A stretch of 64,000 nucleotides of DNA. Origin: a virus. Made by a program: the position numbers and the translations under genes. Positions 9,540-18,872 of this stretch are shown one piece after another. The stretch covers positions 1 to 64,000 of the IMG/VR virus record IMGVR_UViG_3300021440_000018; one strand, written 5' to 3'. The notes under the pieces are model-generated. The model was not told the DNA's origin and did not search any database. It saw nothing but the letters and a program-made list of their open reading frames with translations. Position 1 is the stretch's first letter; every line of letters starts with the position of its first letter.

Positions 9540-10430
9540 GCTCAATCCTTTATGGAGAATGCTCGGATTGTTTGCCCGATTTTCAGAAGTGTCAAGTGAC
9601 TTCTCGATTTTGGTGATCAGCGCGTCGAAGGAAAGTACCCCGTCGGACATGCCAGCCTGTACCGCGCCTTCACCGTGGAAAACACGGCCCTGCCCCATCT
9701 TGGCCTCGAAGTGCGCCATGGTGACGCCACGAGCATCGGCCACGTTCGAGGCAAACACCTGGTAGGCCGAATCCAAGGATGCCTGAACCTGTTCCTTGGC
9801 CTTGTCGGTCAAGGGTTCGTTGGGGTTGGCGAGAGCCTTGTACTCCCCGGCACGCATCACGGTCACGCCGATGCCGGCCTCCTTGAACGCCTTGGAGTAT
9901 TCCTTGTGCGTCAGGATTACGCCGACAGAGCCCACTTCCGAGGTATCGGAACCGTAGACTTTGCCGGCCGCGCTGCCCAGCCAGTAGGCCGCGCTCAGCA
10001 TGTTGTCGCCCGCGTAGGCGTAGACCTTCTTGACCTTGGCGTTGATGGTCGAGATCAACCGGGCCGTGTCCGACACCCCGCTGACTTCCCCGCCCCCCGA
10101 GTTCACGTCAAGAACGATGGCCCCGACATTCGGGTCGGTCGCCGCGTAGACCAGTGCATTGCGGATCGACTGATACGAGGTCAGACCGAATACGTCATTC
10201 AGCCACGAATCCCGATTGACCAACGGACCCGCGACGGAAACAACCCCAACACGGCCCACCATCTTCAGGTTTCTCGGCGGCCCGTCTTCCGCGGGGGGCG
10301 TGCCGCTCATCGAGCCGGCGAGGATGCGGGCATACGCCTGCTCAGCCACCTGCAGCGAATGCTCCGTGCCTGCCCAAAGAGTCTCCGGGTAAACGACGGA
10401 ACTAGAGTCGGATAGAGTCCTATCTTTCAT
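8973..10430 (-). CDS. Prohead protease, S49 (SppA/ClpP-like) family, with C-terminal scaffold domain
   Basis: LDVNSGGG, SAAYWLGS, VGSVGV, AGEYKA motifs; Ala/Glu coiled-coil C-terminus. Confidence 0.9.
   Translation of the reverse strand: MKDRTLSDSSSVVYPETLWAGTEHSLQVAEQAYARILAGSMSGTPPAEDGPPRNLKMVGRVGVVSVAGPLVNRDSWLNDVFGLTSYQSIRNALVYAATDPNVGAIVLDVNSGGGEVSGVSDTARLISTINAKVKKVYAYAGDNMLSAAYWLGSAAGKVYGSDTSEVGSVGVILTHKEYSKAFKEAGIGVTVMRAGEYKALANPNEPLTDKAKEQVQASLDSAYQVFASNVADARGVTMAHFEAKMGQGRVFHGEGAVQAGMSDGVLSFDALITKIEKSLDTSENRANNPSILHKGLSMPKVALTEQQIAAIQSGAPLAAAAAAAEVVAPEAEVEAPAAEVAAAESEVPVEPAAEVKPAADAGVVAYLQGQLTAATEAQVTLKADLDKANAELAALRTTHAPLMKIAAQSVSNMRVGLGLAKIDLSAASAESLLADHAAMTETFTKSFKVGGVAAVPQADAVKDEAKPVSPLHLAHIAATRFSPAK
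9567..9595 (-). promoter_or_regulatory. Internal sigma70-like promoter
   Basis: TTGACA-17 bp-AACAAT in an AT-rich linker inside the protease gene. Confidence 0.55.
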
Positions 10431-10453
10431 TTTTGTCTTTATAGCATAGGTTG

Positions 10454-10759
10454 TCAGCGCTGGCGAATCTTCAAGAAGATCGAGCGCTCATCGATTCTTC
10501 CCCCAGCCGTCGTGAATCTGAAAGTCACCTGCTTCGTGGTACCTGCAAGCCCGCCAGCGACCCATACCGTCATAACCCCTGAAGCATGCGACGGTGAGGT
10601 CAGGACCAGCGGTGCAGCCGCCGTAGCGGTAAAGCTGGCGATTGAATCCCCAACCGCGCTCAGCCAGTCAGCAATGTCCACGGAATAGTCGAGCTTCGCA
10701 TCGGGGTCCTTGACAATGGTCGGGCCCAGGGGATTGCTCAGGTCGTACGTCTCAGCCAT
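10454..10759 (-). CDS. Small fibre adaptor-like virion protein
   Basis: KDPDAKLDYSVD..DWL and C-terminal T.GGRIDERS motifs, as seen in phage fibre-adaptor proteins. Confidence 0.6.
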   Translation of the reverse strand: MAETYDLSNPLGPTIVKDPDAKLDYSVDIADWLSAVGDSIASFTATAAAPLVLTSPSHASGVMTVWVAGGLAGTTKQVTFRFTTAGGRIDERSIFLKIRQR

Positions 10760-13583
10760 GCAGGTACCTCAACTTTCTGTTCTCTGAATCCACGAAGAGG
10801 ACTCGATCTTCCGCCTTGACGTGCAGCACACGGTCCTGCCTGTCGACGACGAGGGTTCTATCCAACGAGGGGATGAAGATGTAGTCGGCAAGCGAGATTT
10901 CCGACGCCAGCGCCGACTCGGAGAGGTAGGCGAAGTACCCACCCACACCCATCGACGAGTCGCTGGCAGCCGCAGTCTCGGAGACCGATACCGGCATGAA
11001 GGCTGTCGCACCCTCAAAGTCGATCGCTGAGGTCGACTCGGTGGCGTCGGCGTAGAGGATGACCGTCGCGGAGGCGCTGTCCTGCGCGCTGGCGGATTCG
11101 CTGGCGCTGGCGGGTGCGCTGCCGCTGGTGCTGGCGCTGTCGGTGGCGGTCGTGGCCTCGACGATCGAGGCCGTCGTCGACTCGACGGCCGACGGCGTAT
11201 CAGCCGCCGCAGCCGCCTCGGCGTGAGACTGCAAGTTGACGGCCGTGGCCGACGACGTATCGAGACCTGCCGCCGTCTCGGAAGCAACACCCACCGCGAT
11301 GAGGGTGGAGGACGCGCTGTCCGCGGCACTAGCCGCCTCGGTCGCCGACGCCGCGAGCGCTCTGGCGCCGTCCGAGGTCTCCGTAGCCGAGGCCGGCTCA
11401 GTCCGGGAGACAAGCAGGGTGGCCGTCGAGGACGCATCTTCAGCGGCTGCAGCCGACTCGGCATCCGAAACCAGCAGCGTGGCGACGGACGACTCCGTGC
11501 TGCTGGCGCTGGAAGACTCAGCACCCGAAACCAGCAGGTTGGCGGTAGCCGAGGTCGTATCGCTGGCGCTGGCCGACTCGGAAGCGTTTGCCGAGGAGGC
11601 CCCAGAGGTGTTGGAATCCTCCAGCGCGCTCCCGGTCTCCGAAACGGAGGCAAGCAGGTTGGCGGTGGCGGAGGTCGTATCGGCAGCCGCAGCCGCCTCC
11701 GTGGCATCGCCCACGGCGATGAGCACCGACGACTGGCTGTCCGAAGCCGCAGCCGCCTCCGTGGCCGCAGCCGGCGTGATCAGCACCCCCGCAGGGCTGT
11801 CGAGGGCCGAGGCACTCTCGCTGGCGCTGGCGGAGGTCGACTTGGTGCTGTCGACCGAGTCTGCCGCCGACGCAGATTCCGTCGCCGACGCACTGGTCGA
11901 TAGGACCGAGGTGGGCGCATCGGTGGCCGCACCCGACTCGGACTGCGACGCCCCGACGTTGGCGATGGCCGAAACCGTGTCGGTGGCCGACCCGGACTCG
12001 CTCGCCGTGACCCCGGACCCGGTGTCGGCCGACGTGGTCTCCGACGCCGAGGCGGGCTCGCTGGCGCTCGCCAGGACGCTGGCGATGGCCGAGACCGTGT
12101 CGCTCGAAGACGCCGCCTCCGTGGCCGACGCCGGCAGATTCGACACGGCCGACTCGGAGTCCGCCGCGGTGGCGCTTTCCGAAGTGGAAGCCGAGGTCTG
12201 CGTCGTCGCCGATTCGGTGTCAGTCGCGCTCGCGCTCTCAGAGGCCGAAGCCGGCGCCTGAACGGTTGCCGACTCGGAGTCCGTCGCGCTGGTGCTTTCC
12301 GAGGCCGACGCAGGGGTCTGCATCGCCGCCGACTCGGAATCCGCCGCGCTAGCGGCCTCAGTCGCCGACGCAGAAGTCTGCAGCGTCGCCGACTCGCTAT
12401 CGGATGCGCTGGCGCTCTCCGTGGCTGAGGCGCTGGTCTGCGTCGTCGCCGACTCGGAGTCCGTCGCGCTGGCACTTTCACTGGCGCTGGCCGAGGTCTG
12501 CAGCGTCGCCGACTCGCTGTCGGTAGCGCTGGCACTCTCGCTGGCGCTGGCGGCGGTCGACAGAACCGCGGACTCGGACTCGGTGGCCGACGCCGCTTCA
12601 GTCGCAGAGGCAACCTCGTTCGCTATCGCGCTCGGCGTGTCTGTCGCGCTGGCGCTCTCCGTGGCCGACGCGACAAGCGTGATGACCGCGGACCCGGACT
12701 CGGTGGCCGACGCAGCCTCGGTCTGCACCGCCGCCGTCAGCAGCACCGACGACGAGGTGTCGGTGGCGCTGGCCGACTCAGAGACGTTGGCGGCAGAGTC
12801 GGTGGTGAACGCCCCCGTGACGGCGACATTCGAGTAGGTCGAGATCCCGTCGAACCAGACCGCGGACGCCTTGTAGGAGACCCCCGAGGTCAAGCCGCTG
12901 ATCGCAGCGGCTGCGTTCAGGTCGAACGAAGTCGTCGTGGACGTGGGCGCCGTGTCGTAGCCGGCTGCGGTCGCCGCAGACCCGGTGCCGTCCTGCCCGG
13001 CGACGATCTGCGCCGCCGTGGGAGCCGTTACCGCCGACGGGTAGATGACCCAGTAGATGCGCTTGGGCACCACGACGGCGTCGGTAGTGTCCGAAGCCGA
13101 TGCAGCCTCGCTCGCCGAGGCGACAAGTGTGGCGACCTGGCTGCTGGACTCGGCCGCGCTGGCGGCCTCGGTCGCGGCTGCACCCAGGTTCGATACGGCG
13201 TCCTCGGTGTCCGCCGCGCTAGCAACCTCACTCGCGGAATCCGGGAAAGAGGCCACCGAACTGGGGGCGTCCGCTGCGCTGGCCACTTCATCCGCGGACG
13301 CCAGGAACGTGGCAACTGAACTGGGGCTGTCCGACGCGCTGGCCGCTTCAGTTTCCGAAACCAGGAGTGTGGCGACCGCACTCGGGGAGTCTGTCCCGCT
13401 CCCTGCCTCGGATGAACTGGAAACAACCTGAGAGGTAGCGCTGGCCGAATCAGAAGCAGAGGCAGACTCGGCTATGACTGCCAGGTCAATCAGGTCGCGG
13501 TCGAACCACCCCGCGACCTGCAACTCGGGGTCGAACCACCCCGCGTCAAGCAGGGCCTCGTCGAACTGGCCGAGGCGGGCCAT
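10752..13583 (-). CDS. Ala/Ser/Glu/Thr-rich repetitive fibre-like protein (943 aa)
   Basis: About 20-aa repeats (SASESASATDSESATxQTSA), one internal Fn3-like insert, C-terminal DRvLxV repeats. Confidence 0.75.
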   Translation of the reverse strand: MARLGQFDEALLDAGWFDPELQVAGWFDRDLIDLAVIAESASASDSASATSQVVSSSSEAGSGTDSPSAVATLLVSETEAASASDSPSSVATFLASADEVASAADAPSSVASFPDSASEVASAADTEDAVSNLGAAATEAASAAESSSQVATLVASASEAASASDTTDAVVVPKRIYWVIYPSAVTAPTAAQIVAGQDGTGSAATAAGYDTAPTSTTTSFDLNAAAAISGLTSGVSYKASAVWFDGISTYSNVAVTGAFTTDSAANVSESASATDTSSSVLLTAAVQTEAASATESGSAVITLVASATESASATDTPSAIANEVASATEAASATESESAVLSTAASASESASATDSESATLQTSASASESASATDSESATTQTSASATESASASDSESATLQTSASATEAASAADSESAAMQTPASASESTSATDSESATVQAPASASESASATDTESATTQTSASTSESATAADSESAVSNLPASATEAASSSDTVSAIASVLASASEPASASETTSADTGSGVTASESGSATDTVSAIANVGASQSESGAATDAPTSVLSTSASATESASAADSVDSTKSTSASASESASALDSPAGVLITPAAATEAAAASDSQSSVLIAVGDATEAAAAADTTSATANLLASVSETGSALEDSNTSGASSANASESASASDTTSATANLLVSGAESSSASSTESSVATLLVSDAESAAAAEDASSTATLLVSRTEPASATETSDGARALAASATEAASAADSASSTLIAVGVASETAAGLDTSSATAVNLQSHAEAAAAADTPSAVESTTASIVEATTATDSASTSGSAPASASESASAQDSASATVILYADATESTSAIDFEGATAFMPVSVSETAAASDSSMGVGGYFAYLSESALASEISLADYIFIPSLDRTLVVDRQDRVLHVKAEDRVLFVDSENRKLRYLHG

Positions 13584-13592
13584 GGCGCTGGC

Positions 13593-14936
13593 TTACCAGC
13601 AGTAGACGACGAGCAGGCCGGCACCCCCCGCGCCACCGTTGCCGCCGAGGCCCGGGTTCATGCCAACGCCGCCGCCGCCGCCGCCGCCGCCGCCTGCACC
13701 GCCTGCACCGCCGTCGCCACCTGCCGCCGAGGCCAGGACGCTGGCACCGCCACCGCCACCACCCGCACCACCCTTGGTCGAGTTGCCTCCCGACCCGGCA
13801 CCGCCGTTACCGCCCGCAGAGGTACCTGCACCGTCCGTACCCGCCGTGCCGCCGCCGCCAGCGGTGTAGGAGCCCGAGGCCCCACCCGCGCCAGGGGTCA
13901 CGGTCGTGGGTGTAGCAGTGTGACCGCCGCCCGACCCGCCGCCGCCGCCGCCTCGAATCGAGCTACCCCCGTTGCCGCCGCCAACGGGTGGGTTCGCGCT
14001 ACCTGAGCCACCACCACCTCCAGCTTCAGCGTTCGAGGTCGTGCTCACCGCCACGCTGCCGGTCACCCCCTGACCACCTGACCCGTTGGTCGCCGCAGTG
14101 GGCAAGCCTCCGGTGCCGCCCGTTGTCGAGCCATTGCCGCCCGCGCCGCCGATGCCGCCGCCTCCGCCCCCGCCCGTCACGACCGCGGAGTTGGAGCCGC
14201 CAGCACCAGCGCCACCACCGTAGGCAGTCAGATAGGTGCCGAAGGTCGTATTGCCGCCCGCGCCGCCGTTGCCACCTGCGGCACCGGCCGCGCCCTTGGC
14301 GCCCGCGGTGCCGCCATTGCCGATCGTCACGGACACGGTCGAGGTCAGGTCGGACGCAGCGAAGACACCGCGTACCCAGCAGCCGCCGCCGCCGCCGCCG
14401 CCGCCCTTGGCCACGACCGCCGTAGCCAGAGAGGCACCTGCGCCACCGCCACCGCCACCGCCGATCGCCTCGACGATCACGACCTTCGGCGTGAAGGCCG
14501 TCGGCTTCGTCCAGGTGCCTCCCGAGGTGAAAGTCTGAACGTCGGCAGGGCCGTAGGGCCCTGCCGTGATTGGCACGCCAACGGTGCTCAGGTGAGACCA
14601 GCCGGCCCCCTCGTCGTAGACCAGGGACTCACCGGGAGCAAGCGTCGCCTGGATGAGTTGGTTGGCGTTGGTCCCGTCGGTGTGCAACACCAGCACGGTG
14701 TTCGTCACGCTCGCGTGGCGATTCGCCACGGTGAGATGCTTCACATTGCGCACTGTGCTCGCGCCAGGGGATGCGACGATGTCGGCCGTCGTGGCAGTGA
14801 CGATGCTGTTGCTGTTCGCGCGGCCCGGCGTGACCGTCGAGCCATTCAGATCGACGTGAGACTCGTGGATCTCGACATCGCCGGCAGCCGAGGTGGTGAC
14901 CTGGACCTTGTCGCTGGTGCTCGTTAGAAGGATCAT
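13593..14936 (-). CDS. Glycine-rich virion protein
   Basis: TFTSGGTWTKP…GGGGGGG…VSVTIGNGG Gly-rich domain; beta-rich N-terminus. Confidence 0.7.
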   Translation of the reverse strand: MILLTSTSDKVQVTTSAAGDVEIHESHVDLNGSTVTPGRANSNSIVTATTADIVASPGASTVRNVKHLTVANRHASVTNTVLVLHTDGTNANQLIQATLAPGESLVYDEGAGWSHLSTVGVPITAGPYGPADVQTFTSGGTWTKPTAFTPKVVIVEAIGGGGGGGAGASLATAVVAKGGGGGGGGCWVRGVFAASDLTSTVSVTIGNGGTAGAKGAAGAAGGNGGAGGNTTFGTYLTAYGGGAGAGGSNSAVVTGGGGGGGIGGAGGNGSTTGGTGGLPTAATNGSGGQGVTGSVAVSTTSNAEAGGGGGSGSANPPVGGGNGGSSIRGGGGGGSGGGHTATPTTVTPGAGGASGSYTAGGGGTAGTDGAGTSAGGNGGAGSGGNSTKGGAGGGGGGASVLASAAGGDGGAGGAGGGGGGGGGVGMNPGLGGNGGAGGAGLLVVYCW

Positions 14937-14945
14937 GTTGCCGTC

Positions 14946-15842
14946 CTATGGGATGGTCACATCGACGCGCAACTTCGTGCTGGTCGAAAGAATGGTGTGG
15001 GCGGTGAGGTTGGAGAGGGTGGGAGTTCCCCCGGAGGCGGGTATGCCAACCGGCACCCAAATCGACCTTGTGAACAGGTTCCATGGGTTTACCAACTGCT
15101 CTTGGTAGAGTTTTGCGACCTCGGCGTCGGAGAGGACGCGCGAGATTGCAAGAGGTAGGCCAGTTCCTTTGGTTGAGTTTGATAGCCCGTTCAACACGTA
15201 CCCAGCACCGTGTCGTGCACCTAGCATGGATATTTGCGTGTGCGTGCTCCCTATATCGAAACTAGAGCTTGCTGATTGTTTAGTTCCCCCGTTATCGTAG
15301 ATAGCTCTAGAGGTTAATCCACCGTGAATGACGACCGTGTGCCGCCAAACGCTGCCGAGATACGTTCCACCTGAACCAAGAGTACTTGATGTCCCAGACG
15401 AGGTGTAGAAACTTGCCCTCGGGATTCCAAAAAGAATCCCCGCAACCGCCCCAAAGGCCCCACTCGATGGACCGCCTGAACCTAAGCCGGTAGACCCCTG
15501 ATTCGAGGCGACGTTCCACCACCAGGATAGCGTCAGTATTGACGAGTGTCCGCCCGTCTCATAGTACGGGAATTTTGTGGACCCGCCTGTCGCCCCGGTC
15601 GATATATTCGCACTGCGCGAAAAGTGCGGTTGCAAAAAAGTCGCGCTGTTCGTATGAGGCCCGATGACCTTCTTGTAATGAACTTCGCCGACATTGGACA
15701 TATGCACGGGTCTGCCGCGCAAAAATGCTATCGCGCCCGTGTACGCGAACAGAAGATCCTTAGCAAGCCAGTGCCGAGGGTTTATGCGCCACCGCGTATC
15801 TAGCGGCTGCTGCCGGTTGATCCGACCCGCCGCATCGATCAT
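14946..15842 (-). CDS. Putative LamG/ConA-like lectin-fold protein
   Basis: WRHTVVIH…IYDNG…RVLSDAEVAKLY..PW pattern; visibly lower GC than neighbours. Confidence 0.55.
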   Translation of the reverse strand: MIDAAGRINRQQPLDTRWRINPRHWLAKDLLFAYTGAIAFLRGRPVHMSNVGEVHYKKVIGPHTNSATFLQPHFSRSANISTGATGGSTKFPYYETGGHSSILTLSWWWNVASNQGSTGLGSGGPSSGAFGAVAGILFGIPRASFYTSSGTSSTLGSGGTYLGSVWRHTVVIHGGLTSRAIYDNGGTKQSASSSFDIGSTHTQISMLGARHGAGYVLNGLSNSTKGTGLPLAISRVLSDAEVAKLYQEQLVNPWNLFTRSIWVPVGIPASGGTPTLSNLTAHTILSTSTKLRVDVTIP

Positions 15843-15848
15843 TTGATT

Positions 15849-16271
15849 TCAGGCCGGGCGGCGCGTCACCACGCGGGCACGAACGGTGATACTGTTGCTC
15901 GCCGCGTTGCTCTTAGCGATGATCTTGAACCCAAGCGCGACGGTTTCAATCGGCACAGTAAACATCGCCGGGTCTTCCCCTGGCGTATCGGTCGAGTAGG
16001 TATTTAGCTTGGTCAGCGGCAGCGCATGCTCGGTCGTGTCGTAATCATTGCCGGAGTCCCCGAGAATGTCACCCGTCGTAAACGCGATAGAAAAGTCTAT
16101 CGTATCCCCGCTCGCAGGAGTCCCACTGTTGTCTGCGTAAAGCTGCACGACAGCATTCCAATCCTCAACATGGAATAGGAACTCGTCACTGATCTCAGTC
16201 GTCCCAGCAGCAACGCTCTTGCTGCTGGCCGACGACCAAGTGATCTGCGCCTCATTACGCGAACTGGCCAT
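15849..16271 (-). CDS. Hypothetical beta-rich virion protein
   Basis: 140 aa, tightly packed in the operon. Confidence 0.55.
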   Translation of the reverse strand: MASSRNEAQITWSSASSKSVAAGTTEISDEFLFHVEDWNAVVQLYADNSGTPASGDTIDFSIAFTTGDILGDSGNDYDTTEHALPLTKLNTYSTDTPGEDPAMFTVPIETVALGFKIIAKSNAASNSITVRARVVTRRPA

Positions 16272-16277
16272 GACGGA

Positions 16278-16574
16278 TCAGTATTCGGCGCAATTGGCAC
16301 GCGTGCAGACAAGCTGGCAGAAACGTGCGTCCGCTACGTTGATCCGACCGTCTTCGTTCGCGTCCCTGGGGTCGCCCGGCGCGGCCGGTGTGTTCAGCGC
16401 GGCGCGAATAAGCAGAAGGTCGGCCTTATCGATATCGCCGTCGAGGTCGATATCACACACGCGCGGCGTGTACTGCTGCGCTGCCACAGGGGTAGCAATC
16501 ATCGACGCCGGAAGAGCCGCAACTAAGGCGGCTACCGAGAAGACAATAGCGGCTGCGATCACAGGTAGCTTCAT
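16278..16574 (-). CDS. Secreted stand-alone type-I dockerin-like protein
   Basis: Signal peptide (MKLPVIAAAIVFSVAALVAA…) plus two Ca-binding loops, DIDLDGDIDKADL and DANEDGRINVADA; four Cys; AGGAG RBS. Confidence 0.75.
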   Translation of the reverse strand: MKLPVIAAAIVFSVAALVAALPASMIATPVAAQQYTPRVCDIDLDGDIDKADLLLIRAALNTPAAPGDPRDANEDGRINVADARFCQLVCTRANCAEY

Positions 16575-16583
16575 GACATCTCC

Positions 16584-17159
16584 TTACAGGCTCGTCGAGT
16601 AGCTGACGCTGACGGTGTCACCAACGCCCAGGACCTTGTCACCGCCCGAGAACAGGCCGGCGCTCCACAATTTGCCCGCCGTGCTGGCGATGGTCGATAC
16701 CGCGCCCGAGAAGGCGATCAGGAAGCAGCCCTTGACCGTGCCGCCCGTGGTGACCACGGTCATGGCCACGGCCGAACTGAACGCCTTGGCGCCAGCCGAC
16801 GCCGCCGACCAGGACGGCGTGCCGCGAGCCGAGAACAGCGGGAAGTTGGTAGAGCTACCCGCTTCCTTCCAGCCGTTCGAGCCGTTGATCTGCGCCGCCG
16901 TGTCACCCGCAGCCACTGCCGAGTAGCTGACCGACGAGATCAGGCCCAGGAAAGAGCCACTGGCGATGCTGCCGCCGTCGAGCATCGCGTTCTTGCCCTC
17001 GGTACACACCACGTTGTCGATGTTGTCTTCCCACTTCAGCGAACCGTCAGGGCCGAAGCACTGCACGGTATACACGCCGTGGGCTTCAGCCGATTCCGAC
17101 AGTCCGCCTCCGCGCAGGACCGAAGCGTCAGCGATGGAGAGTGCGTTCGTGGATTCCAT
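16584..17159 (-). CDS. Hypothetical virion/fibre-base protein
   Basis: 191 aa; GVYTVQCFGPDGSLKWED..NVVCTEGKN motif common in phage structural genes; strong codon bias. Confidence 0.55.
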   Translation of the reverse strand: MESTNALSIADASVLRGGGLSESAEAHGVYTVQCFGPDGSLKWEDNIDNVVCTEGKNAMLDGGSIASGSFLGLISSVSYSAVAAGDTAAQINGSNGWKEAGSSTNFPLFSARGTPSWSAASAGAKAFSSAVAMTVVTTGGTVKGCFLIAFSGAVSTIASTAGKLWSAGLFSGGDKVLGVGDTVSVSYSTSL

Positions 17160-17231
17160 GGGTAATAGCCCTTTTCTGGAGAAATGACATTCTAGAGGAA
17201 GGATAAGACAATCCGGTGCAAAACACCAGAA

Positions 17232-18770
17232 CTACATCTCATTGACCATCGGGAGCACGACTCCACGAGGGCCGCTGGGAGACTTTGGCTTGGCCGGCGC
17301 GTCCGACTTGATCTTCTGATTCATCGTCGAACCGTCGTTCGAGGCCCCGTTGTAGCCGCTGCCAGCCGGCTGGGACCCCGTGTTGGGCCGGAACTGCGTC
17401 CCGGACAGCGGCTTGTACCCCGGAGGCGGCAAGTGGCCGGTCAGCTTGATGGATGCCTCCTCGTCGCTGATCAAGCCCAGGCTGAGTTGCTCCAGCACCC
17501 TGCTCTGCTTCATCGCGTAGAACGCCTCAAGCTCGTTCTCCGGGCGCAGATCGATCGCGTTGTAGGTGAACTCCACGTACACGTCGTGGCCCATCAGGCG
17601 CACACCCAGCGTCAGCACTTTGCTGAACATCTCATTGAGCTTGCCCCACACGCTGCCCTCCACGGACTTCATGAACAGAAGAACTTCCGCCGACGCCGTG
17701 TTGCTGGTACCCCCAGCGTGGCCCAGGATGGTGGGCAGGACCTTGGCACCCGCGGCGAGCTTGGCGTCGGCCAGGCCCTGCAGCACGGTGTACTCCTGGC
17801 TCAGGCTCGTGTTGCCGTGGTCCTGGATGTTGATCCCGAACAGGTCGAACACGACCAGGGCGTCCTCGGGCTCCAGACCGTTGATCTGGGCCTGGACCTG
17901 GTCGACGACCGAGGTCATGTACTCGTTGATCTTGGCCAGGTCCCCGGAAATGTCCTGGGGAACCGACTTCAGGAACTTGTCGTGGTCGATCGTCACGACC
18001 ATGCGCGGGTGGATCGCCTTCTTCACCACCCGACGGATGTCGTTCATGAAGTCGGCCGAGAACAGCACCGCCTGGATCGCCGGCTCGATCGGAGAGATCG
18101 GGTACGGCTCGGTCAAATCCGCGTCGAGCGTGACCATGAAGAAGGTCGGGATGTCCAGGTCGATGTACTGGCCCGACACGAACTGCTTGGGCACGATCTT
18201 GCGGGCGTCGCTGGACGGGAACAGGCGCACCTGCGTCGTCGAGATGGGCTGGATCTTCTCCGGCAAGCGCATCCGGTCGAGCACAAGCTCGCCACAGCAC
18301 GCCCCCTGCGTGATCAGGTCCTGCGCCCACACCTCCGACAGCGAGCGGATCGACAACCCATCGTCGTAGCCGATGCTGTAGTCGTTGAGCACGTTCATGC
18401 GCGTCAGGATCTGCTGCAGCGCCGCGGTTCCCTCCGGGTTGACGGTGCCATCGGGGTTGCGCGCCACCGCCGTGTACCCGCTGGTGATGCCCGTGCGGAT
18501 GTAGCTGACGACGGCCGCACTTAGGTCCGGGCTGGCGCGCCGGAAATCCCGGATCGTTTGCCGGCTGTCCGCGCTCGTACGGTATTCGAGGATGTCCTTG
18601 TTGGCCAGCAGCATGTCGCTGCGGATCAGCGGGGACTGCGTGCTGGGCTTGGCCGTCTTCAGGTACGACGGCAGGGTCTTCTGGCCCTTCTGGACCTTGG
18701 GGTCAGGCTGCGTGGGAAGATCCACCCCCGCCTGGCGACCCGTGAAGAATGACTTGAACCGCTCGAACAT
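17232..18770 (-). CDS. Portal protein
   Basis: 512 aa directly after TerL; size and position fit a portal. Confidence 0.75.
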   Translation of the reverse strand: MFERFKSFFTGRQAGVDLPTQPDPKVQKGQKTLPSYLKTAKPSTQSPLIRSDMLLANKDILEYRTSADSRQTIRDFRRASPDLSAAVVSYIRTGITSGYTAVARNPDGTVNPEGTAALQQILTRMNVLNDYSIGYDDGLSIRSLSEVWAQDLITQGACCGELVLDRMRLPEKIQPISTTQVRLFPSSDARKIVPKQFVSGQYIDLDIPTFFMVTLDADLTEPYPISPIEPAIQAVLFSADFMNDIRRVVKKAIHPRMVVTIDHDKFLKSVPQDISGDLAKINEYMTSVVDQVQAQINGLEPEDALVVFDLFGINIQDHGNTSLSQEYTVLQGLADAKLAAGAKVLPTILGHAGGTSNTASAEVLLFMKSVEGSVWGKLNEMFSKVLTLGVRLMGHDVYVEFTYNAIDLRPENELEAFYAMKQSRVLEQLSLGLISDEEASIKLTGHLPPPGYKPLSGTQFRPNTGSQPAGSGYNGASNDGSTMNQKIKSDAPAKPKSPSGPRGVVLPMVNEM

Positions 18771-18872
18771 CTAGACCCCCGGGGTGTGTGCCCGCCCTAC
18801 CGATATGACAAGGGCCAGGCCCTTTCGAGCCCGGCCCTGCCACTTGACCCGAGGAGAACGATGAGCACGACA

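Noticed and set aside
10454-17159. Diversity-generating retroelement or shufflon acting on the fibre genes
   Set aside because: No reverse transcriptase, template/variable repeat pair or inverted cassette set was seen.
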